Shown: positions 1-10,745 of the stretch, one piece after another | Layout of the letters: the number at the start of each line of letters is the position of its first letter | How positions within the stretch are numbered: the stretch's first letter is position 1 | Source: Macrostomum hystrix | Lineage: Eukaryota > Animalia > Platyhelminthes | Direction of reading: 5' to 3' | NCBI GenBank assembly: GCA_950097015.1 | Contig: CATNEN010000025.1 | Span: 7,750,001-7,814,000, forward strand | DNA: 64,000 nt | Position numbers and translations under genes: made by a program | Notes under the pieces: generated by a model | The model's input: the letters and a program-made list of their open reading frames with translations, nothing else | Databases searched by the model: none | Told to the model about the DNA's origin: nothing

Positions 1-715
1 TGGTCTTTGATACAGTCTCTTTGTAGACAATGTAACGCTCAGCATTTCTCTCCTGAATACTGAATTGCCCAATGTCAAGATTGCTGTGCTCAGTCTCACT
101 GATCACGCTTGCGCTTCTCTTGAACAAGCCAATGCCATCTCTAGTGGAAATCTTCATAGCAGCGTCCAGACTCTGAGTCAACAGTGGAAACTGCACTCCA
201 CGGAAGAAATCTACAGGTCGATGAATGCAAACCACCTGTTGTATACCAGCAATGATCGAGACCAGAGTTGTGGGTGGATACTTTTTTCCGTCGGCGCGCC
301 TTACCTCGTATATAAAAGCAGACCGTTGCTTATTAAGCTCTTCGTCGGCCAGATCATGTACGGCGATGCAATCCATTCCGCGCGTCTGTCTCCAATTGTT
401 AAATAACTTTTCGGCCCATTTGTTCCTGCTCGTGGTAGAACTTGGTAGACTTGGTAGAATCGTTCAAGGCTTTCACAGCTGCTATGTCTATTGGAGCTTG
501 GCGAACGTCGTCATCAGATGACGATCGATGCACGTTGACTTCGTTTCCCTTTCGTAGCTCGGCGAGGGCGTAAGGATTTTGCATATCAGCTCCACTATCT
601 AATAGCGCATCCAAATCCTCAGTTCGTAGAACGTTGGGTTCGTAGTCTTCAACAAAATCTACTGAATAGTCGACAAGCGGGTTGAATATATAAGCTATAC
701 TTCCGTTCGTTACAT
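1..715 (-). mobile_element. Degenerate Crypton-type (DUF3504/QRICH1-KCTD1-ZMYM family) tyrosine-recombinase relic; runs off the window edge
   Basis: Manual minus-strand translation of ~465->1 reads SSTTSRNKWAEKLFNNWRQTR...ELNKQRSAFIYEVRRADGKKYPPTTLVSIIAGIQQ...SLDAAMKISTRDGIG...ISETEHSNLDIGQF...ERYIVYKETVSKT. This matches the KWA..F..W, EVR..DG..YPP.TL..I..GIQ and Y.E..SKT motifs of the family. A frameshift near 465 separates it from the upstream frame (ORF 399-614). It is absent from the ORF track because it has no stop codon in the window. Confidence 0.75.
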
Positions 716-915
716 TGTATTATTTTTTCGTTTGAATTCGTGCCACACGTGCATTCTGAGTTTGAAAAAGTTGTGCTGACGTGGCTTTGCCGTGCCTTGA
801 CACTTGGATCTATGTCTATGGCATTTTACCATGATCCATCCTACAAGCGAAGTTGAAGAATAATCTTTGTAACTGAATCTGTGGAACCGTCCATAAACTA
901 TATGATGAACTAGTT

Positions 916-1245
916 ATGATGAACCCTTCAAAGCAAGAGGAGGAGCAGCCGGCTACCGAGCTGCAATGCTCGGAACAGGACTCGCTTGAGACCAACAGCC
1001 ATTTTTCAACAGACGTCCTGCGAGACACTGCCTCGCAACAGACTGCCGATGAGCAAGAATTCGAAGTCAATCAAGTCAGCAGGCGCAGCCGTATAATCCA
1101 GGCCTGCATTCTGAACGAGATGACAGAAGACGACTTTGACGACGTCAATCAAGATCGCAGCAAAACTGACAAAGATGTTGAATATATTATTAAGCAGATT
1201 AATTCGTTGGTGCTGTTTCAAGCATTCGAGGATGAAGAATTAAAG
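916..1245 (+). CDS. PKA regulatory subunit-like protein, exon 1
   Basis: ATG at 916 with an in-frame stop at 874. Contains an RRSR linker, the SKTDKD..LFQAF start of cNMP domain A, and donor AAG|GTGATT at 1245/1246. Confidence 0.8.
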
Positions 1246-1324
1246 GTGATTGTCAATACTTTAGTCCTTGAAATAGATACTACTGAGAAGACTCACGGAT
1301 TAAAAAATATTCCAATCTTCACAG

Positions 1325-1496
1325 TCCGTCATTGAGTACATGTACAAGCGCAAAGTGGACAAAGGCGAGGTTGTAATCAAACAGGGCGACATTGGCGACG
1401 CGTTTTTTGTGGTTCGGAGCGGCAAGTATGAGTGCACAGAGTCCCAGGCTGGCAAAAGCTCTCTGATCAAGACCTACAACGGCTCCGGATACTTTG
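1325..1496 (+). CDS. PKA regulatory subunit-like protein, exon 2 (cNMP-binding domain A)
   Basis: Acceptor TTCACAG|TCC. Translates SVIEYMYKRKVDKGEVVIKQGDIGDAFFVVRSGKYE...GSGYF(G). Donor TTTG|GTAAG at 1496/1497. Confidence 0.88.
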
Positions 1497-1526
1497 GTAA
1501 GGCTCATGAGCAGCCTGTTATTAGTC

Positions 1527-2760
1527 ATGATCATGGTGATGAGTATTCTGGGTCATTTAGTGATGATCATGGTGATCAGTATTCTGGGTCATTTAGTGAT
1601 GATCATGGTGATGAGTATTCTGGGTCATTTAGTGATGATCATGGTGATGAGTATTCTGGGTCATTTAGTGATGATCATGGTGATCAGTATTCTGGGTCAT
1701 TTAGTGATGATCATGGTGATAAGTATTCTGGGTCATTTAGTGATGATCATGGTGATGAGTATTCTGGGTCATTTAGTGATGATCATGGTGATGAGTATTC
1801 TGGGTCATTTAGTGATGATCATGGTGATGAGTATTCTGGGTCATTTAGTGATTATCATGGTGATCAGTATTCTGGGTCATTTAGTGATTATCATGGTGAT
1901 CAGTATTCTGGGTCATTTAGTGATGATCATGGTGATGAGTATTCTGGGTCATTTAGTCATGACCATGGTGATGAGTATTCTGGGTCATTTAGTGATGATC
2001 ATGGTGATGAGTATTCTGGGTCATTTAGTGATGATCATGGTGATGAGTATTCTGGGTCATTTAGTGATGATCATGGTGATCAGTATTCTGGGTCATTTAG
2101 TGATTATCATGGTGACGAGTATTCTGGGTCATTTAGTGATGATCATGGTGATCAGTATTCTGGGTCATTTAGTGATTATCATGGTGACGAGTATTCTGGG
2201 TCATTTAGTGATTATCATGGTGACGAGTATTCTGGGTCATTTAGTGATGATCATGGTGATCAGTATTCTGGGTCATTTAGTGATTATCATGGTGACGAGT
2301 ATTCTGGGTCATTTAGTGATTATCATGGTGATGAGTATTCTGGGTCATTTAGTGATGATCATGGTGATGAGTATTCTGGGTCATTTAGTCATGATCATGG
2401 TGATGAGTATTCTGGGTCATTTAGTCATGATCATGGTGATGAGTATTCTGGGTCATTTAGTGATGACCATGGTGATGAGTATTCTGGGTCATTTAGTCAT
2501 GATCATGGTGATGAGTATTCTGGGTCATTTAGTGATGACCATGGTGATGAGTATTCTGGGTCATTTAGTCATGATCATGGTGATGAGTATTCTGGGTCAT
2601 TTAGTCATGATCATGGTGATGAGTATTCTGGGTCATTTAGTGATGACCATGGTGATGAGTATTCTGGGTCATTTAGTCATGATCATGGTGATGAGTATTC
2701 TGGGTCATTTAGTGATGATCATGGTGATGAGTATTCTGGGTCATTTAGTGATGATCAGGG
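1527..2760 (+). repeat. 36-bp minisatellite (~34 copies) filling PKA-R intron 2
   Basis: Unit GATCATGGTGATGAGTATTCTGGGTCATTTAGTGAT with a few recurring variants. Confidence 0.97.
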
Positions 2761-2905
2761 CGATGAGCAGTCTGAGTCATTGAAAATTGATGACCCAGAT
2801 AATTGATCAGAATTAAATGAGAATCAGGGTGAAGGACAGTCGCTAAGAGCTTTTCCAAACCAGCTGAAACAATGCTTCTCACCTTCCCAACCTGTCGACT
2901 ATAAG

Positions 2906-3426
2906 GCGACCTTGCCTTAGTCAACCATGCCCCCAGGGCTGCCACCATCACGGCCCTGACTGACGGCGAGGTTTGGGTGCTGAACGCGACTCGCTTCGTC
3001 TGGCTCAAGAAACGCCAAGCCGAAATGAACGCCGAGTGCTTCGAGCAGGTCATCCGCAAGATTCCCATGTTCAGCAACAATCTCACGGACAGTCTCGTTA
3101 ATAAACTCATCGACGCCATTGAGATGATCACGTTGCACAAGGGTGACGTCATCTGTAAACAGGGCGATCCAGGCGACGCGATGTACTTTATCTTAGTCGG
3201 CAGAATAGGAGTGTCTGTCGGCGGCACACAGGTTCGCGTCATGGGCGTTAATGAGTTCTTCGGCGAGAGAGCACTGATACTAGACGAAGGCCGGGCTGCC
3301 ACCTGCACCGCCCTGGAGGACCTGAAGCTGGCCAAACTGCCTAAGGAGAGCTTCGAGATGCTCATTCCGAATAGTGTGGTGGCCAGCATGCGCGATTTTG
3401 TGGCCAAGTCCTACAAGAGTGAGTAG
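2906..3426 (+). CDS. PKA regulatory subunit-like protein, exon 3 (end of cNMP-A, cNMP-B, stop)
   Basis: Acceptor CTATAAG|GC. Completes phosphate-binding cassette A, FGDLALVNHAPRAAT. Cassette B is FGERALILDEGRAAT. TAG at 3424-3426. Phases match exons 1-2. Confidence 0.9.
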
Positions 3427-3431
3427 CCGAC

Positions 3432-3720
3432 TGATCCTGCGCCAACCCCCAAACTTTACACCCATCTCACTCCCTGCCCCTCCTGCGACAACCCCCAAAC
3501 TTTACACCCATCTCACTCCCTGCCCCTTCTGCGCCAACCCCCAAACTTTACACCCATCTCACTCCCTGCCCCTCCTGCGCCAACCCCCAAACTTTACACC
3601 CATCTCACTCACTGCCCCTCCTGCGCCAACCCCCAAACTTTACACACATCTCACTCCCTGCCCCTCCTGCGCCAACCCCCAAACTTTACACCCATCTCAC
3701 TCCCTGCCCTTCTCCGCCCA
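3432..3720 (+). repeat. 46-bp minisatellite (~6 copies) just after the PKA-R stop codon
   Basis: Unit CCTGCGCCAACCCCCAAACTTTACACCCATCTCACTCCCTGCCCCT. Confidence 0.95.
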
Positions 3721-3740
3721 CCCTCAATCTCTACACTCAC

Positions 3741-4013
3741 CACCCGTGGCAGAGCGGTCAACGCGTTTGCCTCTCGCACCAAGGTTCCTGAGCTCGAATC
3801 CGCGGCGAGGCCACATTCATTTGGGGCGCAGCCGCGGAGAGAAGGCTTGGGGGGCTTGTCGTGCAATTTACGCCCTTGAGGGCCAACCTCGAAGGCACTG
3901 TGAGAGTGTACACTGCCTAAAGATGAGAAAGTCAGGGCAGATGTACGTCCTGTGTGAGCGTGTGCCTGCGTACAGTATCTGTGTGGGTGTGTGCTCAGGA
4001 GTCAGCGAAATGG
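3741..4013 (+). mobile_element. tRNA-derived SINE family A, copy 1
   Basis: Box A-like GTGGCAGAGCGG and box B-like GCTCGAATCC. The ~270 bp are colinear and highly similar to 11702-11977. Confidence 0.8.
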
Positions 4014-4759
4014 GCAGAATTGTCTTCATTCTGACTGTTGATCTAGTGTCACCAAATGATGTGCCAGTGTTCTACCCTCCTAGAATTGTTTTTATTATTA
4101 TCAACTTCTTATTCTTGAATCCTAACTTCTCACAATAGTTTTCCGATTTCCAGTATTAAAATCCTGATTTAAAAATAGACATTTCAAAATCCGTCAGCTA
4201 AAATCCCAACTTCAAAACCAGCATTCCCTATGTCACAAAATAAGAAGCACACCTGATTCTATCTTATGAAAATATTTCAGATCCTAAAAAATAGGACATT
4301 AACAGAAGCTTGTCAAGGTTGTCGCCCGGTTATTAAAAGCAGCAAAAAATTTTTTTCTCTAAAAATGCATCGTTTTTCCTCTCTAGATTCGAATTCGCGC
4401 CAATGTTCAATTGAACATTAAAACAAAACGGTTCTAATTTAAAAGTTTAGCTTTTGATTTGCAAATATAGTTTAACGGCCTCACCAAAACTTATGAACAG
4501 CTTATTTTAAAAAAACGAATATATTAATTACTGTACTATTTTAAACTGACTTTGTTTTGAAGAGGCTTCGTATGCGAGTATGCAAATAAACGTTTGTTCA
4601 ATGGGTTATGCACATTAGCTAGTAGACAAAGAGACAGCGTAGCAGAAAATTGAAAGAAGGAGATCAGGGCTAAAAATCGGGCAAGCAAATTCAGCTGTAC
4701 AGTGAAAGAATCAAAGCAAAATTAAGAAAGTCTATCATCATTTTACAACTTTTCATTTC

Positions 4760-7700
4760 TTAGAAAGTCGTTCGAAAATTTTCTAAATCGTCATCGGGGT
4801 CCTCGAACCAGGCTGCGGAGGTGGCGGGGGCGGCTGCAGCAGCGTTCGTCACTATCGTCGAGGGCGAGGACGCCGGCGAAGATTTCAGCGATGGCGAGGA
4901 TGAGGGCGAGGGCGAGGGTAGCCGAATACCGCGGAGGGCGACAGCGGCGCAGTTCAGCATTTCTAGGGATGCTGGTGACTGCAATGCGGCGCAAAGCAGC
5001 AGAAACTCTTCATCGATTCGATCGCCTGCAGCCTTATTTTGCTGCCGCTTCTCGACGACCACCTCGGCGAGGTCGAATCCCAGCGCGGACAGGAGCTCGT
5101 GACAGCCGGGCTGGCGCCAGAGAGAGGCCGGCAAACGGGCCGCGACGGATTCAGCTTGCTGAGCTGCGGCGGTTCTGACCGCTTCGTCCAATAGGTGACC
5201 GAGTTGTTGAATTTTCGGCGACGGCGACGGCGCAGGCAGCGTCATCAGAAGGCGCCCGATGGCGACTAGGCAGCGGTCGGGAAGGCGAATCAAGGCGCGG
5301 ACGGATTCGGCCGTTTGTGTCACGTGACCAGTTGGATCGGCGCTCGCTGGAAGCAACGGCGACGAATTGGCGGCGGCGACGTCAACGGCGATGTCGAGTT
5401 GGCGAAAACGAAGCGCCTGCAGTAGAGGCCGCCAGGGCAGCCACCATGGCGGCGATGACACCGTCGAGTTTCCATTTGTACCTGTGGGATTCTCCAGCAG
5501 GCGCAGCAGGTGCCGCAACGATCGGCGACAGGCCGTCAGGTCGGGCGTCGTTGGCGTCGATCGAATCGACATTACAGTCAGCAGGCCGTCGGCGAGGGCT
5601 TCAGCGATGTGACCGGTTCTTGATTTTAGCGCTGCGCCCGGGTCGCCTAGCAACAGCACTCGAAAGTGGGAGGCCGCCGAGGCTGCCGCCTTGCCGGCTT
5701 TCTCTTCTCGAAGCAGACGCTGAAGCAAGGCATCGGCTTCCAACTGCAGGCTGTCATTGCAGTTGTCGGCCTCCTCCTGCAGCAGCAGCAGCAGCACCGC
5801 TCTGGTCTCTGAGGCCAGCAGTGCCTGGCAGCGTTCTACAAGGCGAGACGTGTGTTCCAGTCGGCTGATGTTGCTATGACAACGATGCGTAACTAAAGCC
5901 AGCCTACTGCCGCACGCTGCCAGCTGTCGCCAAAGTCTTTGATCGCCGTGCCAGGCATCCTCGGTGAAGGCAGACTGGCAGCAGGCAGGCAGGGCGAGAT
6001 GCAGCAGCTCAACTCGCGGCAGCTGATTGACCGAATCGGCAAACACCAACCTTCCGCCGAGCCGTTCAGTGACGTAATCCCAGTTGGCGTCTTTATTATC
6101 ATTTTCATTGAATATTACTGTTGCCAATAGCAACGATGACGCATCGTCCTCGGAGCCAGTTTCCGCTCGTCTACAATGTTGCAAGCATCGAATACTGGTT
6201 GCCATGGCACCGCACTTGCTTAACGGTTTCTCTGCCAGCTCCACCAGAATCCGCGGCTCGGCTACAAGTGACAGCTCTCCGCTGCAGCCAGCGGGCTTCA
6301 CTGCCATCAACAGCTGCTCCAGTAACTGGCTTCTTCGGGTCGCTTCGTTGCCATGACAACGGTCGACCAATCGAACGGCTGTCGCGACACGAGCCGAGGA
6401 TCCGCGCAGCAACCAGCCGTGCAATCGATCATTCACCCTGGAGATGTACAAAGTCTCTTCTGATTGGCCGCCAATCGAAGTCAACAACGAATCAGAGCGG
6501 GATTTTAGACCAGCGAGTCGAATGAAATCGCGTGCCCGGCGTCGCTCAGCTACCTGAAGAGCTTCGGCTGCTACGGATTCTCTGCTCTGATGCTGGTCCA
6601 TCAGACTGCACTCTAGGGATTGAAGACACCTGGACTGCAGGGACAGCATGCTCTGCTCCGCCTCTGCGTCAGCTGTGCAGCTGCCAGCTGCTAGGAGCTC
6701 GCTGAGCAGGCGATCCGATTGGCTAAGCTGATCCGAATGCGCCCTGCTCATCACCCATCATTCGCAGCGAGTCGCCAAGATCGAGCCGAACCTCGACGGC
6801 TGCTTCAATTGTTTCAACAGATTGCGACTCTGATGTCATCTGCTGACAAACGAGATCGACGGCTTCGCGTAGTGTCGTCACCGACTTTTCAACATCGCCA
6901 AGCTGGCGCAGGACGCGGCCGATGCCGGCGAGGGCGTGAACTCGCGTCGCAGCACCAGTTGAGGACGAAGCCGCCAAATTTAGGTGATGAAGTGCGGCTG
7001 GCGAGTCGCTGTTCAATTCCAACGCTCGAGCCAGGTGCAAATGAGCTCGCTGAACTGCGAGATGAGCGCCATCAGTTTGAGCTTTTGGCCCAGCTGCACT
7101 CCGGGCTTCATTGAGTTCTTCGACGGCGGCCTCCGCCGATATCAGCTCCGCTCGGTGCCAACTCAGAGCTTCGGCTGGCGAACGGCCGGCCGCCAAGCAG
7201 AGCACGCCCAGAGCGGCCGCAGCGTCGGCCTCTCCGACGCGCCATCGGGCTGAGCCGGCCAAGCGCAGCCGCGCCAGCTGGCAGGCCTCGGCGCGCTGCC
7301 AGGCGCCGGAGCGCGCGTGCAACCGCGCCATGCCGGCGTAGGCGGCGGCGGCCCAGTCCGGACGATGCGCCTCGTGCGCCGCCAACAATCGACGCTCATG
7401 CGCCAGCAGGGCCAACTCCGGCCGGCCTGCGGCCTCCTGGCTGCCCGCAAGAGCCGCGCAGGCCGCCTGAAGCTCGGCGGGCTGGCCGACTGCCGCTGCC
7501 GCCCATCGCTCGCAGCAGGCGGCGGACGCTTCGGGTTGGCCGAGACGACGCCGGAGGCTGGCAAGGCTGGCCAGGGCTTGGAGGCGCGAAGCGGATGCCT
7601 CAGCAGAATCGGCGCTCTCTAGCAACCGAAGCCGACGTTCAATCAGGGTCACGGCCTCGTCGAGGTTTCCGATAGCGGAGCGGGCCTCGGCTAGACGCGC

Positions 7701-8246
7701 GCACGCCCTGGCTTCCACCTCCGGTCGGCAGCAGCCTGAGGCGACAGCGTCGGACGCTGTTTGGAGCGACTCGACGAGGCAGCGCTCAGCCGAGCTGGCG
7801 TTGCCCAGCAACCGATTGGTCTCGCCGAGTCGTCCGAGGGCCTCGGCCACCGGTCCGGGCTCACCTAGCCTTCTGGCTGCGGCCAACTGGGCGCAATGAT
7901 GCCGAAGCGCTTCCAGGCTGTCCCCGCGTTGCCGATGCGCGTCGCCGAGGCCGGCGTGCGCCGTCGCCAATCGACGCTGACTGGCTCCGGCAGCTGCCAG
8001 CTGACGCCGTCGAGCTGCCAGCTCTTCGTCCGGCTGTCCTTTTGCCGCGGCCAGTTCCGCCAGTCGGCCCAACGTCCTAAATCGACAGCTGGCGCGGGCG
8101 TCGCTATCGACGACATCGTCTTCGTCGGTCTCGGATGACACTTTTGTGTTTGCTATGGACGTTTCGTTGGCTTCACCAGCGATGAGCCGTAGTGCTGCCT
8201 GCAGGTGTACGTCGGCCTCGGCTAGGCGGCCCAGCTGCTGGCAGGT
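4760..8246 (-). CDS. TTC28: TTC28 homologue, terminal exon (TPRs, degenerate CHAT-like domain, C-terminal conserved block); +1 frameshift near 6735
   Basis: Acceptor AAATCAG|ACC at 8246. Covers ORFs 6723-8141 and 4760-6754. Motifs EALQVAERRRARDF, LYISRVNDRLHGWLL and SLWRQPGCHELLSALGFDLAEV match TTC28 (EALAVAERGRTRAF, LWRLPGCHEFLAALGFDLCEV). Confidence 0.85.
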
Positions 8247-8344
8247 CTGATTTCGGAGGGTTGTGGGCAGTCAGAGATTTTTTATTCTTGTTATTTCTTC
8301 TTGGCGTGTTTTAAGTGAAAAACTTTGTTAATTGGCATTCATTC

Positions 8345-8520
8345 TCATTGCAGTGAGCACGCTATATGCACAGTCTGAGCACACTCTGAGCACACTTTGA
8401 GCACAGAAGCACAATATTTTTACAATATGAGCACAATTGGGACGCACTATGAGCACACTCTGAGCACATTCTGAGCACACTCTGAGCATATTCTGAGCAC
8501 AATCTGAGCACACAATGAAA
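8345..8520 (+). repeat. 11-bp degenerate array (CTGAGCACACT); related copies at 8885-8960 on the other side of the SINE
   Basis: Repeated TGAGCACA(C/A/T) units on both sides of 8540-8836. Confidence 0.75.
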
Positions 8521-8539
8521 ACCTATATAATAATTAATA

Positions 8540-8836
8540 ACTTATTACACCTGCCCCAATTGGGTCAGATGTGCTAGCCGATAGCACAGCCGCAGCTATT
8601 GCGCGGTGAATCTGAAGGCTGCGTACAGCTGTTCAGTCCATGGACTGGGGGGACGCCACACCCACCTTCAATTATCCCAGCTGATGCTGGTACCCATTTA
8701 ACAGCTGGGTGAACTGAAGCAATGCAGAGTTAAGTGTCTTGCTAAAGGACACAAATTGTTCCAGTGGAGTCGGGAATTGAACCCCCGACCTTCAAGTCGT
8801 GAGTCCGACGCCCTAACCACTATAGGCCACAGCCTC
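8540..8836 (-). mobile_element. tRNA-derived SINE family B with a CORE-like central domain
   Basis: Minus strand: GGCTGTGGCCTATAGTGGTTAGGGCG (box A), GGTTCAATTCC (box B), then GTGTCCTTTAGCAAGACACTTAACTCTGCATTGCTTCAGTTCACCCAGCTGTTAAATGGG (resembles the CORE-SINE block CTTGGGCAAGTCACTTAAC...CTCAGTTTCCTCATCTGTAAAATGGG), and a TAA-rich tail. Confidence 0.75.
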
Positions 8837-8970
8837 TTGTAGCAACCTATGATCGTACGATTACTCACTGGGAACGCAATCTAAGCTCACTTCGAGCACA
8901 CCCAGAGCATACGAGCTAATTAGCACAGTCTAAGCGAAGTCTGAGCACAGATTGAGCGCACACTTTGCAC

Positions 8971-9455
8971 CTGTCCAAGACTGCTGTGCGCCCGAGCCGC
9001 CCCAATCGCATCGCCGGCCGCCTCCGCCGCTGTCAACGCCGCCAAGTAGCGTTGCTCAGCTTCTACGTGTCTCCCCATCGCCGCCGCCACCGAGCCAAGT
9101 CGCTGGTGAGCACGAGTCGCATCCGACGACGACGAAGAAGACTTCGCCGCTGTCAGCATCTCGGCGAAGGCGGCACCGGCCTGAGCGAACCGACCGGCAG
9201 CTTCTTCCAGGCACCCGATGATCTCCAGGGCGCGGCACTCGGCCCGCCGATCGTCCAGCTGCCTGGCCAGCCGCAGCTGATGCTGAGCGTGCTCGCCAGC
9301 CGCCGCGGACTGGCCGACACTCCGCTGACAGTCGGCCAGACGGCCATGGCAGGAGCATTCGCCGTTGACATTTCCAAGCGACTGCAGCAGCTCCAGCTGT
9401 TCAGTGTAGTACTGCAGCGCCGCCGGGAATTCGCGCATCCGCTGGTGGCACTGGC
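8971..9455 (-). CDS. TTC28: TTC28 homologue, TPR exon
   Basis: Acceptor TTTCATAG|GC, donor GGACAG|GTGCAA. Translates GQCHQRMREFPAALQYYTEQLELLQSLGNVNGECSCHGRLA. Phases fit the neighbouring exons. Confidence 0.88.
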
Positions 9456-9669
9456 CTATGAAAAATTGTGAGGCTTGCTTGATCAGTTTTTATATTTTTC
9501 TATACATATCGGCTCATCGACTGCTAGCGTTTACGGGTATATTGACAATATTTGACGTATCGCCAGCTAAGAGCCATTTTGAGTAATGTTTAGAGCAGTG
9601 GCGCTTATCGTCAAGCAGTGGTAATAAAATGTCAATTAAAAAGACTATAAAACTTGTCTCTGAAAGGCT

Positions 9670-9735
9670 CAAGCCAAGGATTCGAATCCTGGATCATGTG
9701 TGTGCGATAGTCGGAAGCGCTACCGCTCTTCTACT
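9670..9735 (-). mobile_element. tRNA-like SINE head fragment
   Basis: Minus strand GTAGAAGAGCGGTAGCGC...GGATTCGAATCC has box A/B-like motifs but no clean cloverleaf. Confidence 0.35.
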
Positions 9736-10337
9736 CTGTGTCAAAGTATTGTCACTCTAGAATTGCTACTGTAAGTAGTTTTGAAAAGAAAAGATATTAA
9801 TTTTCTTTTTCCAGGAAGTGTAAATTTTTTTTTCCATTTTTATATAAATTTAGCTACTTTGTTGCAGAAAGCTCAAAGAAACGACGATAAAAACGTTTAA
9901 AAGTGCATTTGAACTCTATATTGGTACTAGATGTCAGCCTTCTTTCTTCTGTCCGCTATCAAGCAAAAATATAATTCGTTTTTCACCACATTACTGAGTT
10001 GGCACTTGCTTCGCACCTCAATTTGAGCAGCCCAGGCTCAAGCTGAGTGCAAGCACGTTTAACAAATCTAGTTCAAGTATAGACTGTAGAAATTCACCTG
10101 CTTCAGTGTCTAGTTACTGGGAAAATGACGATCGAAGGGAACGCAATAACCATAAATCACGGCTGGGCCTCGATTCAGCTACCAATTGATTTTGCACTCG
10201 AATACTTTTTACATATAATGTAATACTTATATATTTGTAAAGCCATACATGAATGAGAGTTGAACCAAAATTTATGATCTCCCGATCATTGGAGAGAATA
10301 TAAAGGTAAAGGGTAACGTTTTGATGGCTTGTAGTAA

Positions 10338-10745
10338 GGCGGGGCTTGGAGTGGGGTGGGGCTTGGCGTGAGGTGGGGCTTGGAGTGATGTGGGGCTTGG
10401 AGTGAGGTGGGGCTTGGAGTGAGGTGGGGCTTGGAGTGATGTGGGGCTTGGAGTGGGGTGGGGCTTGGAGTGAGGTGGGGCTTGGAGTGAGGTGGGGCTT
10501 GGAGTGATGTGGGGCTTGGAGTGAGGTGGGGCTTGGATTGAGGTGGGGCTTGGAGTGATGTGGGCTTGGAGTGGGGTGGGGCTTGGAGTGATGTGGGGCT
10601 TGGATAGAGGTGGGGCTTGGAGTGATGTGGGCTTGGAGTGGGGTGGGGCTTGGAGTGATGTGGGGCTTGGAGTGGGGTGGGGCTTGGAGTGAGGTGGGGC
10701 TTGGAGTGAGTTGGGGCTTGGAGTGACGTGTGGCTGGAGCTTGGG
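10338..10745 (+). repeat. 17-bp G-rich minisatellite in a TTC28 intron
   Basis: Unit GGGGCTTGGAGTGAGGT and variants. Confidence 0.95.

Noticed and set aside
3741-3815. tRNA genes at 3741, 8760-8836, 9670, 11702 and 36377
   Set aside because: Box A/B motifs are present, but I could not fold clean cloverleafs, and three continue into SINE bodies. Treated as SINE heads.
4791-9471. Many overlapping GC-rich ORFs on both strands within TTC28 exons
   Set aside because: These are expected shadow ORFs of GC-rich coding sequence; only one frame carries TPR/TTC28 motifs.
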